From Lama glama (taxonomy: Eukaryota): a stretch of DNA of 64,000 nucleotides. The position numbers were made by a program, and so were the translations under genes. Under the pieces are notes generated by a model. The model did not search any database, was not told the DNA's origin, and saw nothing but the letters and a program-made list of their open reading frames with translations. Below are positions 48,580 to 59,088 of the stretch, piece by piece. Position 1 is the stretch's first letter; every line of letters starts with the position of its first letter. The stretch covers positions 58,964,001 to 59,028,000 of the forward strand of contig CM052816.1 in the NCBI GenBank assembly GCA_028534125.1. Direction: 5' to 3'.

Positions 48580-50400
48580 CCCTGTTGTTTACTCCCTCTT
48601 CACCCTCTACTGCACCCTCTGAACCTCATTTTAGTTTATATTAACTCCTCCATAGCTTAAACTTCTTACAAAAACTTCTCTTCTTTCCTTGCTGTAACTG
48701 AAATGTATTCGTCCTGGGGACCTGCTTCCTTAGCGGCCCTTTTGAAGAAGGAAGGTCATTCTTTCATATTCCACACACCACTGGGCCAAGGGAGGCATTC
48801 GTATTTCTTCACGTCCCACCAAACCATTTCTCTTGGATCCTCATGCAAAAGTCTCTTTTCCTTTGAAATTTACGTGGTCTAGCTATGCCGCTTCCCCCAA
48901 TCCTTGACATAAATATTGGCTTACCCAACATTTATGAGGGCTTTGGAACCTAGCTTATAGGTTTATTTTTAATTCCACTTCCTGATTGACTTCAATTTCC
49001 ATCCAACATTTCCACCTAAAATTATTTTGTGTCTTTGAATCCCATGACCTCCACCTTTCCGCTACTTAAGGCACCCACTGTCAGGCCCTTCTCTACTTCA
49101 GTCACCAGGATTCTGAGGGCTGCTGGAGAAAATCGCACAACCTTGCCCATGGTCTCACTAATAGTTGACGGTCTGACCTTAACTGAACCTCAACTCACCT
49201 CATCAGTATTTTCTCTTGCCCCTGGTCAGCTTTCTTCCTCATGTCCTTTAATAGCTATTCCATGTGCTCTGATCTACTCAAGCTTTCTGTTCTAATCCCA
49301 CTACCTTCTGTAATCAGATGCCCTTTCTTTCTGTCTTGTAGGGGACATCAGTGTCATTAGTTGTAACCTTACTCGATTCTCTCCTTTGCTCCTCACCTAT
49401 AAACACATCTGCACCTGACTTTCCTCTGTCCTTCACTCTAGTACCCCACCCATTTCAGTTCCAACTCTACTACTGAAGTAAAACATTCCTCTCCTGTGTA
49501 AAGGTAATTCTCCCCTTCGTGCTTTGTATCGCACATCCTCCCCTTTTCCCTGGGAGCTTCTCCATACATTATTCTCACTCTATTCCGTGTCCTTATTCTT
49601 TCTCTCTCTATTGATTCTTTCTCTTGGTCCATAAATAAGTACCCATCTCTTCCTTCTTTTTTAAAAAATTAATTTATTTATATTAATGGAGGTGCTGGGG
49701 ATTGAACTCAGGACCTCACACATGCTAAGAACATGCCCTACCACTGAGCTGTACCCTCCCCCTACCACCTCTTCCTTCTTAAACTCTTGTTCTCTGAATA
49801 CTGCCCCTTCTTCCTTTCCAGCCAGACTCCTTCAAAGTATTATCCCTACCTGCTCTCTTGACTTCCTCATCTCCTAATTGCTCCTCAAGTCTCTGCAGTC
49901 TGGCCTCTTACCCGACAGGAATCTACCAAAGCATCTCTTCCAGAGAATACCAGTGATCCCCTTAGCACGTTCACAGGTACTTTTTGCACTTGTATAACAT
50001 ATTTTCTCTCTCGTATTTGACACCGTTTATCATTCCCTTTTCTTGACGTTGTTCCCTTTGGTTTCCATCCTGTCTCTCTCTCAGCTCTCCTTGCTCTTTC
50101 TGCACCATCGGCATCCATTACTCTACTCTGAGGAATTTTCTTTCAGATGCTCCCAAATGTTCTATGCTTGTTCCTCTTTGGTCACTCTACACACTTTACT
50201 TTCACGGTTTCTAGTCTCACTTACATGTTGTTGACTCTAGACCTCTTGAGTTTGAGACCAGAATATCCAGGTGTCCATAGGAAAACTCCACTTGGAGGAC
50301 ACTAAAATGTTCAAACTGGAAATGGTACTTAATTAATCACTGTTACATGAATCCATGTCCAGAACTCAAGTCCTCATTTCTCTCTGTCTCCAAATCTGTT
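48580..50400 (+). mobile_element. Long L2 LINE ORF2 remnant
   Basis: Pyrimidine-rich L2 motifs: CTTGCTGTAACTGAAA, GACTTCAATTTCCAT, GCTGCTGGAGAAAATCGCACAA, CAGCCAGACTCCTTCAAAG, CATGTCCAGAACTCAAGTCCTCAT. Confidence 0.8.
49659..49762 (-). mobile_element. Vic-1-type SINE inserted in L2
   Basis: ATGGAGGTGCTGGGGATTGAACTCAGGACCTC...CCACTGAGCTGTACCCTCCCCC; TSD core CTCTTCCTTCTT at 49647-49658 and 49769-49780. Confidence 0.92.
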
Positions 50401-50403
50401 TTT

Positions 50404-50610
50404 CTTTCTGTTTGTTTGTTTGTTTGTTTATTTTTGGTGCATGAAGTGACCGTTTATTTCTTTACAGTCTTAGAAAATGAAACTTTCTGGGCCTGAAAAA
50501 GTCCCCTCCTGCTTTACTGAAGGAAGAACAGGAAAAGGTGGGATGAAATGACTGGAAGCTCTAGTTTGGATTCTACAGAGATATCTCCCTTTTTGCTTTT
50601 ACCACAGTGG
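50404..50610 (-). pseudogene. 5'-truncated processed retrocopy of an unidentified mRNA 3' end
   Basis: Minus strand: unique sequence, AATAAA (TTTATT at 50453-50458), 17 nt, then a decayed polyA (AAAC)n tail. TSD AAATCTGTTTTT (50392-50403) / AAGTCTGTCTTT (50611-50622). Confidence 0.65.
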
Positions 50611-50779
50611 AAGTCTGTCTTTGTCCTTGCCTACATCCTATTCTACATTGTGTAGGGGTAAGAAGCCCGGGTTCCTTGGCCTGAGCAGATGTCCTCTTTT
50701 CTATAATCCAAATGTAAAATAGCCACCTGAGAAGGGTTTTTTATTTGTTGCTATTTTTGTAAAGCAATGGACACTATCC

Positions 50780-50883
50780 ATGAAATTCTAGGACTAACGT
50801 GAGGCTTAGGAATCTGTGCTTTCAGAAGCTTCCCAGGTATTTGTGATAAAAGTGTTTCACAGACCGCATTTTAAGAAACACTG
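50780..50883. mobile_element. MER5/MER117-like hAT-Charlie fragment
   Basis: AGGAATCTGTGCTTTCAGAAGCTTCCCAGGT...CAGACCGCATTTTAAGAAACACTG. Confidence 0.6.
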
Positions 50884-52104
50884 TCCTAGTATATCAGAGC
50901 TGCCAGTTGCTGTTTGCCATTTTCTTTAGTTATTTAAGATTAGTGTCACTGAAAGACCTGTTGACATACCAGTGGATTTCGGGGCTTGATTCTGTACGAT
51001 TCATACATGTAGGTCAAACTAATGACCATATTTACGTGTATCAAAAGTAGCATTCCATTGAGCTGTGTTTTTTTCTATAGAAAACCCAGTTTGACTTCTT
51101 TGAAGATGGAATTAATGACAGATTTTGTATGTATTGGCTTGGAAAGACAAAGCCATCATTCTTAACCTGTCCACTGGGAGAATGGCGCAATTTTTTGGAA
51201 GGTGACTGAATCCGCTGCATGGGTTTTGAGTGCAAGCCAACTCTTATCTTCCCAACCTGCTGTAGATGAGAATAACAGAAATGTGGAGACTTTTTCTTAC
51301 TGAATGTTTTCAACCTAGACTTCAAAAGCATCTTCCTCAGGACACGCATGTGATTGGTTAATCAATAACAGCTTGCTCATTCTATGATTTGCTTTCCAAG
51401 GCCAGTGCTGCCTAATACTGGTATCCTAGCCAAGACCGTATTCACATCTCCCTCCCTCTGAAGCTTTGGATCTAAAAGAGTTTTCCTGTTTGCCAATGGT
51501 AGGACTTATGTCTAAAAACAAAGGAATTATTCACAGCGTTTTATAGTCTTGTAAGCTTTGTAGCCAGGAACTTCACAAATGCTGAATAGCTCAGTAACAA
51601 GAATAGCATTAAGGCAAGCCGCGCTCATAAACTTTATATAACCTCAAAAATGACAACACAGTGAGCCATTAATCAGTCTCTAAGATTTCAGTATTTCTTT
51701 TCAGTGGCTTCTGTTTCCTTCTAGACATGTAATTTGACTTTCCTTGTGATGGCTTCTCATGACTTGGGTGATATTCAACTGACAGTGAGTCACTGGCTAT
51801 TGGGTTATCATGAAGAATTTGAGCGTCAACGGGGATGTTTCAAAGTGTGATTGTATGGCTTAAGAATGTCTTCTGTTTTCTGCCTCCAGCAAAGAACTTT
51901 AAAGGGTCAGGAGGGGACTGCAGGGGATAAGTGTGCCATAGCATGGATTAGTGAGATTTCCCATTCATTATAGGATTTCCCGTCAATGGTGTTTCAGGCA
52001 ATGTAGAATTGAAAGATCGAACATGATTGTTGTTTGAGGCATGTGATCAGGAGGCAGGCAGGGGTTGGATGTGTGAAGCTCCAGGCAAAGGAATTCTCTG
52101 TCTA

Positions 52105-52810
52105 GAGTAGTCTGGTGGTTGAGGAAAGAGTTTGGAGTCAAAAAAGGCTGTCTTGGCTCTGCTGCTTTTTAGCTAGGCAACCCCAAGCACGTTACTGAAC
52201 TGCTGTAAGTCTCTATAAAGCAATGTTTGCAATTCTTTCGACCACTCTTTGAGATAGAGATCATTAGTCTTCTTTGGCATGGAGTTGTTGTTAGGAAGTC
52301 AACAGCAACTAGCAGCCAGCACTCTTTTCTTCATTTACTCATTCAAAGAATTTACATGCACAGCTGCTGTGTGAGAGGCTAGAGATGGAGGGGTGAGCCT
52401 GAAAAATAAAAATTCTAGTTGGGGTGAGATGGACAAGAAACAAATTAATATTCAAGGTAACTGTAAATTGTGATTCATGCTGTATAGGAATGAAACAAGC
52501 TGATGTGATAAACAGTAACCAGAGCAGGGATTTAAATTTAAATTGGTTGGTGACACATGAGCTAGGCACTAAGGTTGACAGTATCTGGGGATGAACCTAT
52601 CAGCTAAAGGATGCCCCTGTGCTGGGTGCTTTAGGGCAGCCTCCTATTTAATTTTTACAGAACTCTATGGGGCAGATAGAATTGGTATCTGTATTTTTCA
52701 AATAAGGAAATTTAGGTTTAGAAGATTGAATACATTGCCCAAGGTCACACAAGAAATAGGTTGGCAGGGCTGGGAGTGGAAGTCCAAAGCTCCAAGTTTG
52801 TGACCACGAC
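52105..52810. mobile_element. Cluster of MIR (+, ~52105-52230), L2 3' end (-, ~52330-52570) and MIR (-, ~52600-52810)
   Basis: TTTGGAGTCA...CTTGGCTCTGCTGCTT; TTCATTTACTCATTCAAAGAATTTA; TATTTTTCAAATAAGGAAATTTAGGTTTAGAAG...TGCCCAAGGTCACACA. Confidence 0.65.
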
Positions 52811-53169
52811 ATGGCAGGGATGATGCATCTTAGAGGAGAGAAGAGGCATAGACACCCCGTAGCTCATGCAATCATGCTCTGAATGAAGAAAGACAGGCTG
52901 AGGGAGCACATGTGACTTGCTCAAGATGGTGAGGACAGAACAGAAACCTGGCCTCCTGCTCTCACATCCAGTACTTTTCTCACTGCTCACCATTGTCAGA
53001 TAGGTTTGCAACAAAGTTCTTAGTGACCCAGCCAATTTCCCTGTTTGATTCTGGTTTCTGATAAAGATAAAAGTTGGCTGATTTTTGGACTCCTAAAGTG
53101 TATAATGGTTTGTTGAAAGCTAAATCAACTTGACAGGTTTTGTTTTAACACGATTCTTATTTCCCTTTT

Positions 53170-53780
53170 CTCTTGAATGTATATATGCACATTATAAAAA
53201 GAAGTTGAACTGGTATATGCAAGGGTTTTTAAAAGAAAGCCTTTTCCTCTCGCAGATCTCTCTCCTTTCCCCACCTTGATTTTTTTCTCCCTAAAATAAC
53301 CACTGTGAGCATTTTATGTGTACATTTCTAGAAATATTCTGTAAATATGCAAGCATATATGACACATTCTTTTTACATAAGTCACAATATACCTTATCAT
53401 ACGCAATATCTGTACCTTGCTTTTTTCACTTAACATTAGATGTTAAAGCTCTTTCCCTGTCATTGATACAGAGTTGAATCATTCTTTTCAATGGCTATGG
53501 AGTATTCTGTTGTGAGAGCATACCTAAATCTATTTATCCCGCCCCAATCAATCACTATTTAGGTAATTTCTAGTCTATTGTGACTGCATATGCCGCAGTG
53601 AACATCTTTGCAGAGATATTTTTGTGCACACGGGCAAGTCTATCTGTGAGATAGACTTGTGGTGGAATGGCTATGTCAAATGGCATGCAGATTTTAAGTT
53701 TTGATAGGTACTGCCAAACTGCCCTCTCATGGGTGGGGCATGCCCAGCAACTTTGTGTAAAAGTACCATCTTCAAGTTGG
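53170..53780 (-). mobile_element. Old L1ME 3' end
   Basis: TAACCACTGTGAGCATTTT...CTTGCTTTTTTCACTTAACA...TTTTGATAGGTACTGCCAAACTGCCCTC. Confidence 0.8.
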
Positions 53781-54530
53781 GTGACAGGTCCCAAAGAGTG
53801 GTCCCTTTTCCTGTGAAGCCAGCCTAAATCACTGGGTTCTGGGGGAACCCTCAGATTTCTCTGGTCTGGATTGCTCTGGGCACCCTCCTCCTTCCTGCAT
53901 GTTTACACCTGAGGACAGAGGCACCTGAACCCCAGGGAACTCCCTCCTGGTTGGCCCTCTGTGTTTGGTTTAGGGCCTCCTTCTCTGATTTCTGACTTAC
54001 TTGGCCCTAGTTCCTATACATTATTTCCCTGTGTCCTATCCCACAAGGCATGGCTTCAGGCAACAGCCCTGACCTTTGAGACCTTGTGGGGCCTCAGTCT
54101 GGAGATTGTGAGGAAAAGGGGAGGAAAGAGGGAGGAAGAGGGGAGGGAGAAAAGAAGGAGGAGGGAAGGTAGGAGATACGGAGATAGAGATGATGACAAT
54201 GAGAGAAAGAAAGTGAGAGGGAGAATGTCAACTTTCTTGTTTCTGTTCTCACACTTATCTCTTCTGGGTTTGTTTTCTTTAGATTTTGAACTTTAAAGGA
54301 GACTTTGGACCACTGATTCCTCAGTCGTTTTAATCTGTTCATCAGCAAGGTCTTTATTTATGCCCAGCTTGCTCCCTTGGTTGCTACCATTTAAACCACA
54401 TGGAAAAGGTCTGAGGGAACATGGAATCCAGTGACTTCCAAAGTATCCTTCTTGGGCACTGATGGTGCCCCATGGAGCTGCCTCAGGGGTTTCTGAGGGC
54501 CATGACTTACAATGGAGGATGTTGGTGGTC
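53453..54530 (+). repeat. Copy 1 of a local segmental duplication
   Basis: 53453-53713 aligns with 57627-57885 and 54189-54530 aligns with 57893-58255. ORFs 54293-54544(-) and 58068-58280(-) give related peptides (PSETPEAAPW / PSETTEAPPW, FGSHWI). Confidence 0.92.
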
Positions 54531-54644
54531 AAACTTTGGACCACTCAGTTTTGCTTTAACCAGAACGATTTTGATCCAGTTGATATTATTGGGCTTTTGT
54601 GTAATATCATATTTATAGAGGGACTGTGCTGCTTAAGAAAAAAG

Positions 54645-54790
54645 TTTAGTTCACTTCCCTCTTTTAGATGTAAGGAAAGTGGTCCAGAAAGAAAAGTGGA
54701 CTTATCCAAGTTCATCCATATATTTAAATGATGAAGGAGGGATTTAAACCCTATAGGCTTCTAGTTCACTGCGCCTTCTGCTGTAGAGCT
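54645..54790 (-). mobile_element. MIR SINE
   Basis: TTTTAGATGTAAGGAAAGTGGTCCAGAAAG...GACTTATCCAAGTTCA...GGGATTTAAACCC. Confidence 0.65.
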
Positions 54791-56480
54791 TGAGCCATGT
54801 AAGTGCTTATAACCAAAATTTCGAACCCTTTATAAACCACCCCCAGGTGATGGAAAGGCCTAAGTCTCTAGTTTAAACTTTAACCAAACCTTTGTTCAAA
54901 TTTCTTCACTACTTAAAAAATAATTTTCACTTTTTCACTGAACCCATCTTGGAGTAAATGTGTTGAAAGACTCTCAGAAAAGCTGTTATCACTGTGCCTC
55001 TTTCTTCCCATCTAGAAATTCCAGAAGAACTTGCCATATAGTGTATCTCAGGAGAAGATGTTTAAGATCTATTTTTTGGCTATATTCAGCTGATCTCACT
55101 CATCTCTTTTCCAGAAAGCTTGGTAGAAACTGAGAAGCAGAACTTACTTCAGATCCACTTGAGGCACTGGAGTCATTAAGGTGGAAGTGTTCTCTGGTGT
55201 TTTCTTCCTAAAACCACCACTACTGAGCTATTTGTGTCCCACACAACAATGCACACTTGCTGGTCTTTACTGACACAAGACTGGGCCATTTTCAAATTAT
55301 ACCATATGGAGGACACGGAAGAAGTACACTGAAATCAAAGACACAAGAGCAACAAAGTATGTGCAAAAAATATACAGAACATAGAGACACAAGAGGCAAT
55401 ACTTAAACATGTATTTTTAAGTCCAAACAAACATATCTGAGACATGGATTGGAAATGGAAACATCAAATTCTAGAGAATAGAAGTTTCAGTCTAGAGGTT
55501 GTGTTGATACCAATTCCCTCTGTATTACAGCCTTTGCTGCAGGTAGAATTTACTTAATCACTGAGATTTTCCTTTGCTTTCCTTCAGTCTCTCCCTGTTA
55601 CAAACACTTGAACCATCTTTAAAAAAAAAAGTCTCTTTGTGGTGTTTAGTTATACCCTTCAATTGCTCGTGGGCATTTGTTTCCCGCTTCAGGCGTCATT
55701 TGGTCAGGTTCTACATAATTAATTCTTTTACTTTCCCCATAAATGAATATTTTTGGCCCTTTGATCCTCCCCTCTCCATTCAGGAACAAACTGAACTGAG
55801 CTATTGATGGACTCAGGCCTCTTTTCCTCCAAATGATGGGAGAGTGAGGCTAGGTACTTAGTGCCCTGCTTATCCCAGTACAAGTGCACAGATTTTCTCA
55901 TTGCAAGACACAGAGGAAGCTGTGGTTTTGAGAGTTATTTGGATGGAGTAATGAGAGATTTGCATGGGGAAGCAAGGAGCGTCAGAAAGTTATATCAAAG
56001 GCTTGGCTCCTCATATGGAGCCTTCTGGAATTTCCTTGCCTTGGACTCCCTCCCTGTTCCAAATACGACTGGATAAATAGATCTCGAAAATCACATAGCC
56101 CAAGGTTGTTTACCCTGGCTGCTTTCAACCCATCGCTTGCATATTGGAAGTATGGTGGGATTTGGTGGGGGTCGCTCTCGGAGCCTGGTTTGATCTTCCT
56201 TCTTCATGGGAGCATCAGGAGGATGAGTGAATCCATTCTGGTGAAAGGCATTCCAAGTCCAAATGCCCACCACAATGATTCTTGTTTGGATTTAGTCTTT
56301 CAAGTGTACGTTTGCATGAACATCCATACTTCTCTCTTACTGCTGTAGCTGTGTTAAGTGTGTTTATGGAAGTGCATGTTTATCATGGAGAGTGGTGGAG
56401 CACAGATCCAGGACCTGTAGTTTAGGAACTTGTTCTGGGGTATTAGGCGAGATTATAAACGCAGTTTCACTGCTTACTTT

Positions 56481-56588
56481 ATTTTTATTTTATTTTATTT
56501 TATTTTTCGGCGGGGGGAGGTAATTAGGTTTTTTAGTTTAATTAATTAATTAATTAATTTTAGAGGAGGCACTGGGCATTGAACCTAG
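56481..56588 (-). mobile_element. 5'-truncated Vic-1-type SINE
   Basis: (TTTTA)n tail, GGGGAGGTAATTAGGTTT, GAGGCACTGGGCATTGAACCTAG; perfect 15-bp TSD TTCACTGCTTACTTT (56466-56480, 56589-56603). Confidence 0.9.
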
Positions 56589-56615
56589 TTCACTGCTTAC
56601 TTTAAATGGAGGATT

Positions 56616-56712
56616 GAAGGTAACAGCTCAGTGCTGGAGCATGTGCTTAACATGCATGAATGAGGTTCTGGGTTCAGTCCCCAGTACCTCCATTAAAAAA
56701 AAAAACGAAGTA
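56616..56712 (+). mobile_element. Vic-1-type SINE
   Basis: CAGCTCAGTGCTGGAGCATGTGCTTAACATGCATG...CTGGGTTCAGTCCCCAGTACCTCCATT plus polyA; 12-bp TSD AAATGGAGGATT (56604-56615, 56713-56724). Confidence 0.9.
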
Positions 56713-57319
56713 AAATGGAGGATTTTCATCATGAGTAAACAAATCCTTTGTTAAAAGAGCTGATATGTACAGACAAAGGATGCTTAATGGCTGGAACAGC
56801 AGTGGGGACACTTTACCTGGTTCTCTGGGTTGAGATGCTGCAGAAGGTTCTCAGTGTTCTAATTAGAGAAGAGGAGTGAGAGGCTATCCTTTCCCTTCTA
56901 CTGTCAAGTGTTATGTAGTCAAGGACTGGATTAAGGTTATAGGAGTAGAAGAAAGAATGACATGAGAACAGAGGCAAATAGCTGAAGACTCAGAAAGCAG
57001 AATCTCTTGTCCACCAGAGATGACCACTCTTAACTCCAGAGATGTTTTTCATCCAGAATGTTGCCCATGTTTTCTCTGGTCTTCCTCCTCGGAATTAACT
57101 TGAGGCCAGAGCGATTTAAGAAAGACATGGAAAATTCCTGGGCCAACATGGGATTTTCTGCCAAAATGTCTCATGTGACTAAAGTAGGTTTAGTCAACAG
57201 AACCTTAGCTTCCTCACTGTCTTCATGCCATACACTTTTGTGCAAGTGTGTGTGGTTATGCTCTCTGTAACCATTATGTAGCTGATGTGCCCATTACCTC
57301 CTCATTTTTACATTTTTCA

Positions 57320-57455
57320 GATATTCAGTCACTCACTTACTCATTTATTCAATTATTCAACAAATGTTTATTGGGCCCTAACATATGCTTGAGGTGGATC
57401 CTGTCAGGTGCAAGTGTGAATCGCAGACCAGTCTCCATGGCCTTCAAACTCCAGA
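57320..57455 (-). mobile_element. L2 3' end
   Basis: TCATTTATTCAATTATTCAACAAATGTTTATTGGGCCCTAACATATGC. Confidence 0.75.
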
Positions 57456-57626
57456 GAATGCAGGCCAAGCTCTCAAATGACCCCCTTCAAACCTCCTCTA
57501 TAGGGGTTGCCTGGGATGGGAGATGCATAGCACACTGATAACTGCCTCCAAAGAAATCCGCTCTCCTGACTCCCTTACTTGAACTTCTTGCATGGACTAG
57601 AGGTGGTTGTAGGGGCCAACCTTCAC

Positions 57627-58255
57627 CCCCTTGTCATTAATATAGAATTGACTCATTCTTTTTGATGGCTAAGGATTACTCCATTGTGTGAGCAAACCTA
57701 GATCTATTTATCCTGCCCCAATCTATCACTATTTACGTAGTTTCCAGTCGGTTGTGATTGCAGTATGCTGCAGTGGATATCTTTACAGAGATATTTTTGT
57801 GCACACAGGTAGGATATTCTGTAAGACCGACTTGAGTGGAATGGCTACCTCCAATATCAAGCAATTTTAAGTTTTGATAGGTACTCTCATTTTGATGATG
57901 ACCAGAGAGAAAGCGAGAATGTGAGAGAGATGGAATATCAACTTTCCTGTTTCTGTTCTCACACCTATCTCTTCTGGGTTTGTTTTCTTTAGATTTTGAA
58001 TCTTAAGGGAAACTTGAACTACTAATTCCTCTGTCATTTTAATCTGTTCATCAGCAGGGTCTCTTTATCACCACTGCTGCCCAGCTTGCTCCCTTGGTTG
58101 CTGCCATTTAAACCCATAGGGAACTAGAGTTGGGAGGTATCTGGGGGAGCACAGAATCCAGTGACTTCCAAAGTGTTCTCCTTGGGGAGTGATGCTGTCC
58201 CATGGAGGTGCCTCGGTGGTTTCTGAGGGGGACTGAGCCGCCAGGATGGTGCCAC
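57627..58255 (+). repeat. Copy 2 of the local segmental duplication (lacks ~475 nt present in copy 1)
   Basis: See copy 1. The junction GATAGGTACT...GATGATGAC skips 53714-54188. Confidence 0.92.
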
Positions 58256-58379
58256 AAAAGGCTGTGCAAGTCATACCCAAATGCTGTCACATATTTGTTG
58301 TGGCTCCTCTGGCAAGTTACTCTTTCTGCCTCTCAGTCTTCTTCTCTGTAACAGTGGGCATGATAAAAAGCCCACTGAG

Positions 58380-59088
58380 AGAATGTAAGTTGGTGCAGCC
58401 ATTATGGAGGGCAGTATGGAATTTCCTTAAGAAACTAAAAATACTTACCATATAATCCAGCGATCCCACTCCTGGGCATATATTGGGAGAAAATTATAAA
58501 TTGAAAAGACACTTGCACCCCAATGTTCATAGCAGCACTATTTACAAGAGCCAACACATGGAAACAATCTAAATGTCTGTTGACAGATGACTGGATAAAG
58601 AAGTTGTGGTATATGTATACAATGGAATACTACTCAGCCATGAAAAAGAATGAAATAATGCCATTTTTAGCAACATGGATGAACCTAGAGATTATCATAC
58701 TAAGTAAACTAAGTCAGACAGAGAAAGACAAATATCATAATGTGTCACTTATATGTGGAATCTAAAAAAAAAAGACAAATTCTCATGGAAATAGAAAACA
58801 AGCTTTAGTTACCAGGGGGTAATTGGTGGGGAGTGCTATATTAGAAGTTTGGGATTAATAGATATACATTTCTATATATAAAATAGATAAACAACAAGGA
58901 CCTACTGTATAGCACAGGGAACTATTTTCAGTTTCTTATAATGAGCTGTAATGGAAAAGAATCTGAAAAAAAATGTGTGTATATGTATAACTGAATCACT
59001 TTGCTGTATACCTGAAACTAACATTGTAAATCGACTACACTTCAATAAAAAAAATAAGAATTAAAAAAAAAAAAGAAAAAGGGGGAAA
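58380..59088 (+). mobile_element. Artiodactyl-type L1 3' end inserted in a MIR (~58290-58379)
   Basis: ORF 58523-58765 [18 protein letters not shown]...DKYHNVSLICGI (ORF2 C-terminus) and polyA; degenerate TSD AAAAAGCCCACTGAG / AAAAGGCTCATTGAG. Confidence 0.93.
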
